From the NCBI RefSeq assembly GCF_963921235.1, contig NC_086108.1, positions 78,928,001 through 78,992,000 of the forward strand: a stretch of 64,000 nt of DNA, written 5' to 3'. This DNA comes from Mobula hypostoma. Taxonomy: Eukaryota. Below the pieces are notes generated by a model that did no database searches, was not told the origin of the DNA, and saw only the letters and a list, made by a program, of their open reading frames with translations. The position numbers and the translations under genes are program-made. Every line of letters begins with the position of its first letter. Within the stretch, counting starts at the first letter, position 1. Shown here piece after piece: positions 1 to 12,981 of the stretch.

Positions 1-983
1 ATTCATCCCGATTAACTCTTCCTCTGACTCAAGCCCAACTTCACGCCGAAATCAGGGCATTTAAAGCGAGGTGTTTACCTTTAGTGTGGAAAGTAGGAGT
101 TCCCTCTTTCACACTCTGCGGGGATGCTAGGATCAGACGCACAGAATACTGGGGCAAGTCGGGCAGTACCTGTGAAGGGGGATAAACAGTCGACGTTTCG
201 GGTCCGGAGAGACAATAGACAATAGAGGAAGGGGGAAGAAGCCAGAATGAGAAGGTGAGGGGGAGGGGATGCAGAAAGCTGGCGGGTAATAGGTGACAGG
301 TGAAACCAAGTGAGGAGGAAGGTAGAGGACTGTGCAAAAGTATACGTACCTGGGATGCCCCCGACTTTTGCCCAGTACTGTATTTGTCAGCGTAGAGCGG
401 AGAGCCAGTTTCTAAACCTGGCGGCAATAAAAGATGTTGGGAATGGCAAGGGTAAAGCGCCGCGGGAGGGGTGTAGCACAGAGAAGGAGTGCCGGGGCAG
501 AGGTTGGCACAGATGCAAACACACCAGCTCCGAGACACCAGGAAAGGTCATTTGATGTGATTAGTTTATCGGATCCTGACAAAATGTCTCTCTGGTACTT
601 CCCACTTCATCCCCTCTTCCCAACCATGTTTCTCCTCTCCCTGACCCTTTCCCATTCTCAGTCCACAATTGAGACCCATTTCAAACATTTATATTCATTC
701 CTGAGACCTTTGCACAGAAGTGTAGGTAGGTAGGTAGGTGGGGGAGGGGAACAATGTAAGGAGCAGGAGGGGATTGATAGAAGAGGTAATCTGCTGAAGA
801 GTGAGTATATGTGTACTCAAGCTCATCCAAGGACTCAGAGTCTTATATTGTGATTATATAATTTGCATTGCAAATGAGAAAACTTCAGGTGATCAGATTT
901 AATATCATTGGCATAGGTTGTGAAATCTGTTGTTATGTGGCAGCAGTACTTGGAGTACATAAAAACTGTAATTTACAGTAAGA

Positions 984-1170
984 CAACAACAACAGGAATT
1001 CTGCAGATGCTGGAAATTCAAGCAACACGCATCAAAGTTGCTGGTGAACGCAGCAGGCCAGACAGCATCTCTAGGAAGAGGTACAGTCGACGTTTCAGGG
1101 TCTCGGCCTGAAACGTCGACTGTACCTCTTCCTAGAGATGCTGCCTGGCCTGCTGCGTTCACCAGCAAAA
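984..1170. mobile_element. fold-back element built from a Penelope-like terminus, with 62-bp inverted arms
   Basis: Arms 1038-1099 and 1107-1168 (1 mismatch) surround the loop GTCTCGG. The flanking direct repeat TTACAGTAAGA is at 973-983 and 1171-1181. The sequence matches the Penelope terminus at 40640-40760. Confidence 0.85.
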
Positions 1171-1224
1171 TTACAGTAAGAAGTGTGTGTACTATAATAT
1201 ATATTTTAATTTTTGCACTCCTTA

Positions 1225-1645
1225 CCCTTCAGCAGGACTGGAACATGAGAAGTTAAATAGAGAAGGTGGGGGGAGGGGAGGAAGCAGTACAAAGTGGTAG
1301 ATGATAGGTGAAACCAGGAGAGGGGGAGGGGTGAAGTAAAGGGCTGGGAAGCGGATCGGTGAAAGAGATAAACGGCAGGAGAAGGGGGAATCCAATAGGA
1401 GAGGGTGGACCATGGAAGAAAGGGAACGGGGAGGGTGAAGGGCAGGGCAATTCGGAAGTTCAAGAAATCGATGTTCGTGCCATCAGGTTGGAGGCTACCC
1501 GGATGGAATATAAAGTGTTGCTCCCCCAACCTGAGTGTGGCCTCTTCGCAGCAGTACAGGAGGCCATGGACTGACACGTCAGAGTGGGAATGATAAGTAG
1601 AATTGAAGTGGGTGACCGCTGGGAGATCCCACTTTTTCTGGCAGA
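1225..1645 (-). mobile_element. Penelope-like fragment (GIY-YIG C-terminus and part of the pLTR)
   Basis: ORF 1206..1577 (MSVHGLLYC..EQH.IF..GSLQPDG.NIDF.NFR) is homologous to ORF 40009..40335. The fragment ends at AGTCCTGCTGAAGGG, the hammerhead 5' half. Confidence 0.85.
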
Positions 1646-1734
1646 GGGAAAGAAGCTATTCCTGAATAGCCCAAAGAAGCTCATACCGAAGATGGGTCCT
1701 TTGGTCTCCAAATTCTAACGAAAATTAGGATAAG

Positions 1735-2318
1735 GGATTTATCCATTGGTTGGAGTCAACTGTGGATTTTGCATCCCAGCTGTCTACGTGATAGGCTGGC
1801 TTGGGCAGTACAATATGGAGACCAAAATGCAGCCCATGCAGCAGGCTCTCCCTCCCTCTGCAGCTGATGAATCCAAAGGAATGGCAGAGACCGTTACAGT
1901 TTGGCACCAGTGAGTCGCAGGAGTTGCCAGTCAGCATTGAACTCAGTGTAGGACTGCCTTAGGGACTCCAGCTCCAGGTTTTTCGTCAAGGTTTACTCCT
2001 GAAGCCTCCCCTATGAGTGGGTGTAGCAGCAAGGTGGCAGAGGTTTGAGATCAAAGTTTTCCTTCTCCTAGACGAGCTGCCAACCACAGCTGACAAGCCC
2101 TATCAGCCCAAAGTGTCTGGTTTTAAGGTGCTAGTAATCCTCCTTAGTCCTGTCAGTAGAAATGGTTCTGCCGGGCTTAGTAGCTAAGCCACACATGAAG
2201 GCCAAGAGCAGGACATGGTTGTCAGAGGCTATTTCAGACACACGTCATTGGGAGCACTTAATAGACAGTGGAAGCTTATCCCTACTACTACACCTGGCTC
2301 TTACAACCTAATGGAATC
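1735..2318 (-). mobile_element. short non-coding, probably RTE-derived element with a degenerate 5' HDV-like ribozyme
   Basis: No ORF; an HDV-like topology sits at its 5' end (2147-2318). Boundaries are approximate and the family is inferred. Confidence 0.5.
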
Positions 2319-2392
2319 ACTGGGGGTGGGTTAATTAACCAAATTTCAGTTGGAATAATGTTGAAGTAAATGGAAAAGGGAATAATTTTTAG

Positions 2393-2490
2393 AGCAACAC
2401 ACGCAAAATGCTGGAGGAACTCAGCAGGCTAGGCAGCAACTGTGGAAAAGAGTACCGTCAACGTTTTGGGCCGAAACCTTTCAGCTGGAA
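2393..2490 (-). mobile_element. Penelope terminus remnant
   Basis: gcaacacacgcaaaatgctggaggaactcagcagg...cgttttgggccgaaaccttt resembles the reverse complement of 40640-40730. Confidence 0.65.
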
Positions 2491-2684
2491 AACTTTTTAG
2501 ATATGTTTTCAGAACTTCTTTCAGAAGAGTGCTTCCAATCCGATTAAGGTGAAAGCAACACTGGTATGGTTGTATGGAATGAGGTGCCAACTGCCAGTGG
2601 GAGTACACTTGTGCTCTTGACATCCTGAGGTTTAGATTGGATTTTTCTTTCTCTTCACTACTAAATTAGAACTTCTCAACTGGA

Positions 2685-2985
2685 AGAGGCAGCTGATAAA
2701 GCTGCTTCCACACAGTACCAGCGACCAGGGTTCAATCCTAGCCTTCATGGGGTTTGCACTTTCTCCCTAAGAATTGCATGGGTACCATATCCCAAAGGCA
2801 GGTAAGAGTGGTAGATGAATTGGCCACTGTAAATTGCCCCTACTATGTAGGTGTGTGGTAGAATCTGAGGGTTGGAATTAATGAAACAGTGGAGAGAATT
2901 TTGGCTTAATGTGGGATTAGTGTAGATTTGTGGTTGGTGATTGGTGCAGATGCAACGGGCTAAGGGGCCCACTTTGATGCTCCCT
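2685..2985 (+). mobile_element. tRNA-derived SINE (HE1/V-SINE-like)
   Basis: B-box-like GGGTTCAATCC, a V-core-like ggtttgcacttctcc, and aattggccactgtaaattgcccct. Confidence 0.55.
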
Positions 2986-3994
2986 GACTTTGTAAGTAAG
3001 ATTAACTTCAAGGGGAAGTGAGAGGATTGTAATATTAATATAAAGGTTGGCATCTTTTTGGAGATATTTTGGGTACAGTCTGTATATGTTCTTGTGAGAG
3101 AGGAAGGTGGGGCAATTAAAATCTTTTTCATGACAACAAGTGAGTGTATGGTAGCAGCTGAATTCTCAAAATGAGAATCAGGTTAAGTGCAAGTAGTTGA
3201 GAGGGAGCAAGAGAATACAGGATTAGAATGACATAAAATGAAACCAAGAATCTTTGTCTGCAGTGTAAATTGTAAGGAATACGGTGAGCCATCAGGTACA
3301 TGTTAGGAGGTGATGTGAATGAATGATTAAAGGCACAAGGCAAGGCTAAAATATTTGATGACTGCTTATATGGATGATATTTTGAAAGAGGATAATGATA
3401 AAATATTGGAGGAAACAAAGATGGTAAAAGTAAGACATGAATTGATTGGCAGGAGATACTGGAAAGGCTGCTTATGCCTTCTGTGAATAAATTGCTTATG
3501 GACAGAAATTTTGCAGGTTGCATACAAAAATATTCATAGATATTAAGATGTCTGGATTTGAGAATTGTAAATAGTTCATCCTTATTCAAGAAAGGGCAAA
3601 CTCCATTTACCTTAACTTTAGTATGATTAAGACATAATGATTGGCACTTGTCTAATCCATTCTTTGGCGTGATGCAGATTTTCAATCAAAAACATGAATA
3701 ATTACTCCACATGCCACCCACAACCACCACCACAGCCAAAGATGCTGCTTAACCCATTGACTTTACCCAGCAGATAATTTGTTGCTGAAGAATTTAGTTA
3801 ATTAAGGAAAGCCAGTAAATTAGGAAAAGACAGGTTCAGTTCAACTCATTAATTGATCTTTTGGTAAAGTAATAGACAAGGTTGATATAGGGAATGCAGT
3901 GCACGCTTTTATATGCATTTTATCAAGTATTTTGTTAAAAATTGAGGCTTGTGAAAGGAAGGTCACTGTCACTTTGGATAAAAAAGAAATAATC

Positions 3995-6112
3995 CAAGAA
4001 ACAGAGGAATTACTTGAGGTAAATGGACTATGGACATGTGGTCGATGTTTAGAGATCTCTTGCAGGATGTTAGGGATAAATTTGTCCCGGTAAGGAAGAT
4101 AAGGAATGGTAGGGTGAAGGAACCATGGGTGACAAGTGAGGTGGAAAATCTAGTCAGGTGGAAGAAGGCAGCATACTTGAGGTTTAGGAAGCAAGGATCA
4201 GATGGGTCTATTGAGGAATATAGGGAAGCAAGAAAGGAGCTTAAGAAGGGGCTGAGAAGAGCAAGAAGGGGGCATGAGAAGGCCTTGGCGAGTTGGGTAA
4301 AGGAAAACCCCAAGGCATTCTTCAATTATGTGAAGAACAAAAGGATGACAGGAGTGAAGGTAAGACCGATTAGAGATAAAGGTGGGAGATGTGCCTGGAG
4401 GCTGTGGAAGTGAGCGAGGTCCTCAATGAATACTTCTCTTCGGTATTCACCAACGAGAGGGAACTTGATGATGGTGAGGACAATATGAGTGAGGTTGATG
4501 TTCTGGAGTATGTTGTTATTAAGGGAAAGGAGGTGTTGGGGTTGTTAAAATACATTAGGATGGATAAGTCCCCGGGTCCTGACAGAATATTCCCCAGGCT
4601 GCTCCACGAGGCAAGGGAAGAGATTGCTGAGCCTCTGACTAGGATCTTTAAGCCCTCGTTGTCCACGGGAATGGTACCGAAGGATTGGAGGGAGGCGAAT
4701 GTTGTCCCCTTGTTCAAAAAAGGTAGTAGGGATAGTCCAGGTAATTAGAGACCAGTGAGCCTTACGTCTGTGGTGGGAAAGCTGTTGGAAAAGATTCTTA
4801 GAGATAGGATCTCTGGGCAGTTAGAGAATCATGGTCTGATCAGGGACAGTCAGCATGGCTTTGTGAAGGGCAGATCATGTCTGACAAGCCTGATAGAGTT
4901 CTTTGAGGAGGTGACCAGGCATATAGATGAGGATAGTGCAGTGGATGTAATCTATATGGATTTTAGTAAGGCATTTGACAAGGTTCCACACGGTAGGCTT
5001 ATTCAGAAAGTCAGAAGGCATGGGATCCAGGGAAGTTTGGCCAGGTGGATTCGGAATTGGCTTGCCTGCAGAAGGCAGAGGGTGGTGGTGGAGGGAGTAC
5101 ATTCAGATTGGAGGATTGTGACGAGTGGTGTCCCACAAGGATCTGTTCTGGGACCTCTACTTTTCGTGATTTTTATGAACGACCTGGATGTGGGGGTAGA
5201 AGGGTGGGTTGGCAAGTTTGCAGACGACACAAAGGTTGGTGGGGTTGTAGATAGTGTAGAGGATTGTCAAAGATTGCAGAGAGACACTGATAGGATGCAG
5301 AAGTGGGCTGAGAAGTGGCAGATGGAGTTCAACCCAGAGAAGTGTGAGGTGGTACACTTTGGAAGGACAAACTCCAAGGCAGAGTACAAAGTAAATGGCA
5401 GGATACTTGGTAGTGTGGAGAAGCAGGGGGATCTGGGGGCACATGTCCACAGATCCCTGAAAGTTGCCTCACAGGTGGATAGGGAAGTTAAGAAAGCTTA
5501 TGGGGTGTCAGCTTTCATAAGTCGAGGGATAGAGTTTAAGAGTCACGATGTAATGATGCAGCTCTATAAAACTCTGGTTAGGCCACACTTGGAGTACTGT
5601 GTCCAGTTCTGGTCACCTCACTATAGGAAGGATGTGGAAGCATTGGAAAGAGTACAGAGGAGATTTACCAGGATGCTGCCTGGTTTAGAAAGTATGCATT
5701 ATGATCAGAGATTAAGGGAGCTAGGGCTTTACTCTTTGGAGAGAAGGGGGATGAGAGGAGACATGATAGAGGTGTACAAGATAATAAGAGGAATAGATAG
5801 AGTGGATAGCCAGCACTTCTTCCCCAGGGCACCACTGCTCAATACAAGAGGACATGGCTTTAAGGGAAGGGGTGGGTTCAATGGGGATATTAGAGGAAGG
5901 TTTTTTTAGTCAGAGAGTGGTTGGTGCGTGGAATGCACTGCCTGAGTCAGTGGTGGAGGCAGATACACTAGTGAAGTTTAAGAGACTACTAGACAGGTAT
6001 ATGGAGGAATTTAAGGTGGGGGGTTATATGGGAGGCAGGGTTTAAGGGTTGGCACAACATTGTGGGCCGAAGGGCCTGTACTGTGCTGTACTATTCTATG
6101 TACTATGTTCTA
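3995..6112 (+). mobile_element. CR1 LINE, 5'-truncated, with frameshifted ORF2 (RT)
   Basis: ORFs 4030..4413, 4389..4748 and 4755..5909 (QHGF, YMDFSKAFDKV, GVPQGSVLGP, KFADDTK), then a CR1 3' UTR and (TTCTATG)n-like tail. Inserted into an older CR1 relic. Confidence 0.95.
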
Positions 6113-6365
6113 AATGGTGCATTTTTTTAAAAACTGGTTGTTGGTAGACAGTGATGGTCCTCCAAGTGCCAGTAACAGATTTGATATTATAAATAACTTG
6201 GATGATTGAACATGGAGTAAAAATTTGAAATATCCCAATGAAACCAAACCCTAGGATGCTGCAGAATGATAGGATGATGTTATTTGGCTACAATTGGACA
6301 TGGGCTAGTAAGTGGACAGACAATTGTCAAAATAATTTTAATTCAAAAAATTGTGAGGTTATGCT

Positions 6366-6677
6366 TTACTGGATTATGTGACGGTGGTAGTCCAGAGACA
6401 GTCCAGCATGTTTTGCTGAGCTGTAATCCATACAGAATTGAAAGAAGCAGGTTGTTTAAGAGGCTATCTGGCTTAAATTTATTTTGGTTTTCTATTAAAT
6501 CTTTGTTTGGCCATCAAGAGAATCAACATCTGATTGAAGAGTTTATTATTCAGTTTATACGTGACACTAGGTTGTATTCGAGAATTTGAGCTCCTTGAAG
6601 TTCTATAATAAATTATACATCCTGCGGAGGGCTGTAATACGCCTTGATGTGTCTAAACAGCTGGAAATAGAAGAAGA
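6366..6677 (+). mobile_element. 3' end of an I-group (Nimb-like) LINE
   Basis: C-terminal zinc knuckle CDGGSPETVQHVLLSC, an (AGA)n tail, and a 10-bp TSD AGGTTATGCT (6356-6365 / 6678-6687). Confidence 0.7.
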
Positions 6678-7886
6678 AGGTTATGCTGGGAGAGAAAATA
6701 TTGGCTCAACTGCACAATTCTAGAAGTGTTTGCTGCAATACTGGCACTTGTGTGATTACGCATAGATCCTTGGAGGTAGCAAGACATTGTTAGACACTGG
6801 TGAACAAAGCATTTAGGATCTTAGTTTGAAAATGAGATATATTCACAGAATCATACAGCACAGGTACAGGTCCTATCAGTCCATCTTCTCCATGAGAGTG
6901 GTGCCCATCTACACTAATCATATAGACCTGCATTTGCCCTGTATGCTTCAATACCTTTCCTATCTAAGTACCTTTTAAACTTAGAAATTATATCTACCGC
7001 TACCACCTCTTCAAGCAGTTTGTTCTAGATAACCACCAGTTAGGACAGAAAACTTACTCTTCAGATCTCCTTTAAAATTTTCTCTTCTCACTTTAATTCT
7101 GTGCTCCCTATTTCTAATACTGAAAGTCTAAAACTAATGTACAGAAGCAGAGAAGTTTTGCTAGCTAGGCCACAGCTGGAGTACTGCACCTAGTTCTGGT
7201 CACTGCAAAAATTAATCTCCATTTTACATCTTCATTACAATAGCCTCCAAGTCATAATCCTAACCAATGCATCCAGAACAATACCAGTCTCAGGCCAGTT
7301 TCTAGCAAGGCTCTGCTATTGCTTCAGCAGCCTTATTCTGTCTTTAATTGCAAAACAATAAATTGCTTCCAACAAGTTTGCTGCCCGACTGGAACTAATT
7401 AAAAGATGCATACACATCTGCACTCAGAACCTTCATGTGTTTGATGCTTATGGAGGGGTTAACATCCTATCCACCCATCCAGGGTCACTATTTGTGTTTA
7501 TATAGTATCCATTATAGAAGTCTCTTAACATTCTCCACCAGCTGGAAATCCTTCCCAGAAACCTGTACTCCGAATGCTAGTTCTCATCAAAGTCTCTTTA
7601 CTTCCGTATTTGGTGTTCATGTCTTTACCTGCCAAACTGCAAGGAGTCACAGAATCATAAAGCTTGTAAGCAGGCCCTTCAGCCCACCAAGTCTATGCCA
7701 ACAAAACCTTAGCATTTCCATCCCAACATGTGTCTGGTTCTCTTCAGTCTGAAGGAGAATAACAGGATTCAAATTTGGAAAAAAAAGTTTTTTTAGGTTT
7801 CCAATAGGAGTGTAAACTTTTTTTAAACAGCAACATTTTCTAATGTAAACCATAATTCATTGTGATAATTTTGAAATTAAATGGAC

Positions 7887-10800
7887 TCAAATGGATACTG
7901 TTGGGGGGGATGACTTACCTGGGACAAGCTGCAGTAGCCGGATCTCTGGCACTGAGTCTATTTCTGCAGTGCAGAGTGGAGGGTGGAAAAAGAGGAGAGC
8001 AGTAGTGATAGGGGACTCGATAGTTAGAGGTACAGATAGGAGGTTCTGTGGTCGTGACAGAGAATCCAGGATGGTTTGTTGCCTCCCGGGTGCCAGGGTC
8101 AAGGATGTCTCTGATCGCTTGCATGGCATTCTGAAGTGGGAGGGTGATCAGCCAGATGTCGTGGTGCACATCGGTACCAATGACATAGCAAGGAAGAGTG
8201 AGGAGGTCCTGGAGAGTGAGTATATAGAGCTTGGTGGGAAGTTGAAAAGCAGGACCTCGAGGGTGGTAATCTCAGGATTGCTACCTGTGCCACGTGCCCG
8301 TGAGGGTAAGAATAAGATGCTCTGGAAGATGAACAAATGGCTGAGGAACTGGTGTAGGGGGCAGGGTTTTAGATTTCAGGATCATTGGGACCTCTTCTGG
8401 GGCAGGTAGGACCTGTACAAGAGAGGTGGGTTACACTTGAACTACAAGGGGACCAATCTCCTTTCAGGGAGGTTTGTTAGTGCTTTTGGGGAGGCTTTAA
8501 ACTAGATTTGCAGGGGGATGGGAATCAGAGTGCCAGAGCTGACAGTGGGGCTGGGGTGAAAATAAATGATGTCAAAAGTTCAAGCAAATCCGCTGATAGA
8601 AAGGTTGTGAGTGGTGGTAAAAATCTTCTGAGGTGTATATATTTCAATGCTAGGAGTATTGCGGGAAAGGCAGACGAGTTGAGGGCGTGGATTGACATGT
8701 GGACTTATGACATTATAGCAATTAGTGAAACTTGGCTACAGGAGGGGCAGGACTGGCAGCTTAATATTCCAGAGTTCCGATGTTTCAGATGTGATCGAGG
8801 CAGAGGAATGAAGGGTGGGGGGCGGGTAGCATTGCTTGTCAGGGAAAATGTTACAGCAGTGCTCAGGCAGGACAGATTAGAGGGCTTGTCTACTGAGTCC
8901 TTATGGGTGGAGCTGAGAAACAGGAAAGGTATGGCCATATTAGTGGGGTTGTATTATAGACCACCCAATAGTCAGCGAGAATTGGAGGAGCAAATCTGCA
9001 GAGAAATAGCAGGCAACTGCAGGAAACATAAAGTTGTGGTGGTAGGGGATTTTATTTTCCACATATTGATTGGGACTCCCATACTGTTAGGGGTCTAGAC
9101 GGGTTAGAGTTTGTAAAATGTGTTCAGGAAAGTTTTCTAAATCAGTATATAGAGGTACCAACTAGAGAGGATGCAATATTAGATCTCCTATTAGGAAATG
9201 AGTTAGGACAAGTGACAGAAGTGTGTGTAGGGGAACACTTTGGTTCCAGTGATCATAACACCATTAGTTTCAACTTGATCATGGATAAAGATAGATCTGG
9301 CCCTAGGGTTGAGGTTCTAAACTGGAAGAAGGCCAAATTTGAAGAAATGAGAAAGGATCTAAAAAGCATGGATTGGGACAGGTTGTTCTCTGGCAAGGAT
9401 GTGATCGGTAAGTGGGAAGCCTTCAAAGGAGAAATTTTGAGAGTGCAGAGTTTGTATGTTCCTGTCGGGATTAAAGGCAAAGTGAATAGGAATAAGGAAC
9501 CTTGGTTCTCAAGGGATATTGCAACTCTGATAAAGAAGAAGAGAGAGTTGTAAGACATGTATAGGAAACAGGGAGTAAATAAGGTGCTTGAGGAGTATAA
9601 AAAGTGCCAGAAAATATTTAAGAAGGAAATCAGGAGGGCCAAAAGACACGAGGTTGCCTTGGCAGTCAATGTGAAGGATAATCCAAAGAGCTTTTACAGG
9701 TATATTAAGAGTAAAAGGATTGTAAGAGATAAAATTGGTCCTCTTGAAGATCAGAGTGGTTGGCTATGTGCGGAACCAAAAGAAATGGGGGAGATCTTAA
9801 ATGGGTTTTTCGCATCTGTATTTACTAAGGAAACTGGCATGAAGTCTGTGGAATTAAGGGAAACAAGTAATGCAATCATGGAAACTGTACAGATTGAAAA
9901 GGAGGAAGTGCTTGCTATCTTGAGGCAAAATAAAGTGGATAAATCCCCAGGACCTGATAGGGTGTTCCCTCGGACCTTGAAGGAGACCAGTGTTGAAATT
10001 GCAGGGGCCCTGGCAGATATATTTAAAATGTCGGTGTCTACGGGTGAGGTGCCGGAGGATTGGACAATGGCTCATGTTGTTCCGTTGTTTAAAAAAGGAT
10101 CGAAAAGTAATCCAGGAAATTATAGGCCGGTAAGTTTGACGTTGGTAGTGGGTAAATTATTGGAGGGAGTACTAAGAGACAGAATCTACAAGCATTTGGA
10201 TAGACAGGGACTTATTAGGGAGAGTCAACATGGCTTTGTGCGTGGTAGGTCATGTTTGACCAATCTATTGGAGTTTTTCGAGGAGGTTACCAGGAAAGTG
10301 GATGAAGGGAAGGCAGTGGATATTGTCTACATGGACTTCAGTAAGGCCTTTGACAAGGTCCCGCTTGGGAGATTAGTTAGGAAAATTCAGTCGCTAGGTA
10401 TACATGGAGAGGTGGTAAATTGGATTAGACATTGGCTCAATGGAAGAAGCCAAAGAGTGGTAGTAGAGGATTGCTTCTCAGAGTGGAGGCCTGTGACTAG
10501 TGGTGTGGCACAGGGATCAGTGCTGGGCCCATTGTTATTTGTCATCTATATCAATGATCTGGATGATAATGTGGTAAATTGGATCAGCAAATTTGCTGAT
10601 GATACAAAGATTGGAGGTGTAGTGGATAGTGAGGAAGGTTTTCAAAGCTTGCAGGGGGATTTGGACCAGCTGGAAAAATGGGCTGAAAAATGGCAGATGG
10701 AGTTTAATACAGACAAGTGTGAGGTATTGCACTTTGGAAGGACAAACCAAGGTAGAACATACAGGGTAAATGGTAAGGCACTGAGGAGTGCAGTAGAACA

Positions 10801-11516
10801 GAGGGATCTGGGAATACAGATACAAAATTCCCTAAAAGTGGTGCCACAGGTAGATAGGGTCGTAAAGAGAGCTTTTGGTACATTGGCCTTTATTAATCAA
10901 GGTATTGAGTATAAGAGCTGGAATGTTATGGTGAGGTTGTATAAGGCATTGGTGAGGCCGAATCTGGAGTATTGTATTCAGTTTTGGTCACCAAATTACA
11001 GGAAGGATATTGATAAGGTTGAAAGAGTGCAGAGAAGGCTTACAAGGATGTTGCCGGGACTTGAGAAAGTGAGTTACAGAGAAAGGTTGAATAGGTTCGG
11101 ACTTTATTCCCTGGAGCGTAGAAGAATGAGGGGAGATTTGATAGAGGTATATAAAATTATGATGGGTATAGATAGAGTGAATGCAAGCAGGCTTTTTCCA
11201 CTGAGGCAAGGGGAGAAAGAAACCAGAGGACATGGGTTAAGGGTGAAGGGGGAAAAGTTTAAAGGGAACATTAGGAGAGGCTTCTTCACACAGAGAGTGA
11301 TGGGAGTGTGGAATGAGCTGCCAGACGAGGTGGTAAATGTGGGTTCTTTTTTAACATTTAAGAATAAATTGGACAGATACATGGATGGGAGGTGTATGGA
11401 GGGATATGGTCTGTGTGCAGGTCAGTGGGACTAGGCAGAAAATGGTTCGGCACAGCCAAGGAGGGCCAAAAGGCCTGTTTCTGTGCTGTAGTTTTTTATG
11501 GTTTCTATGGTTTCTA
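7887..11516 (+). mobile_element. near-full-length CR1 LINE: ORF1 SGNH esterase plus ORF2 APE-RT, inactivated
   Basis: ORF1 7891..8409 (VVIGDSIVRG, HIGTND, premature TAG), endonuclease 8508..9098 (YFNARSI, AISETW), RT 9557..11434 (625 aa), and a (GTTTCTATG)n tail. Confidence 0.96.
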
Positions 11517-12981
11517 ATTGTTAACCCAATTTAAAACATTGGGCCCACACCTCTGCCTTCTCCAGCTGGTTAGAAATGTATCCTCTGCATTAGGGCTAAA
11601 TACATATTACCATTTTGCACCAGTCTAAAGTTGTTCCATTGACTGCAGCAGAATCAATTTTTCAAAAGGGGAGGCCAGCGTGTACATTTCATTATAGCAT
11701 GCATTGAAAGATTTCAGTGTCTAAAACTATACATGGAATCTGTAACCACAATTTGACAGACAGTTTATATTGCGTCTAGTAACCATGACACAACTTTGAA
11801 TCAGCACTGTTTGTGGACGAGGGCAGGAAAGGTGAAAATTCAGGGGAAAAAGACAGTGAATCCATTTAAGATAGACAACCATTTGACAACAGAACTTCAT
11901 CAGTTCCTACTCACACATTAAACAATTCTATAATAATGACAAATTACAAAAATCACCATATATAAAATTCTGAGAGGCAGATGGTCAGTGTCTTTATCCT
12001 AGCATGGAAATGTCAAATACTACAGGGCATAGATTTAGGGTGAAAGGGACAAAGTTAAGGAAAATTTGCAGCAATTGATTTTTAGAAATAGAGTTGAATG
12101 GATATTGAACCCATGAGCACTACCTCACGACTTTTTTATTTCTGTTTTTGCACTACTTATTTAATTTAACTATTTAACCTACGTAGTATATATCAACTTC
12201 CTGTAATTCAGTATTTTTCTATATTTATCATGTATTGCATTGTACTTCTGCTGCAAAGTTAATGAATTTCACAACATATGCCAGTGATATTAAACCTGAT
12301 TCTGATTCTGAAGGTGCCTGGAACACCCTGCCAGGAGAGGTGGCAGAAGCAGATACAATAAGAATGTTGAAGAAGCATGCAGACAGGCATGTGAATAGGC
12401 AGGGAACAAAGGAATATGGACCCCCATGTGCAGGCAGAGGGGATTAGTTTGATTTGGCATCGTGGTCAGTGCAGACATGGTAGGCTGAAGGGCTTGTTTC
12501 TGTGCTACACTTTGCCATTTCTATGAAATTTCAGTTCACAAGGAGTGAACATTTTCCATTGATTAAATGACTTGACAGCATTTCACATCAAAAAGCAAAT
12601 TCTAACCATTTGGATCTGTGAAAAACAAGCACTTGGGAAATCTGGGAGGGAGTAAGATGAAAACCTGCACATACTATTATTAAAATATCCGCAGAGCCAC
12701 ACAGTGGCGGCTTGTATTTATTCCTTTCATTTCTCCACCCAAGTTCCTGATTCCCATAGGACAAGCAACAACATCTGTATCCTCCTCTGAGATAGTTTCA
12801 TTGCAACATTGGCATAAACTTACAATACCTTTGTTCATGCACTTTCAAATATGATCTTCATACAGCTGTGTTAGGGTGCAGGGTGGGTAAGATAAGAGCA
12901 AAACGACTGGACAAATAAAGCCTAACATGAAATAAAAATGTTCCTAACTGGAGCAAAAACTTGCATGTATTAGCACCTTTC

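Noticed and set aside
9557..11434. 625-aa ORF as a host gene
   Set aside because: It is a CR1 reverse transcriptase within a lesioned retrotransposon.
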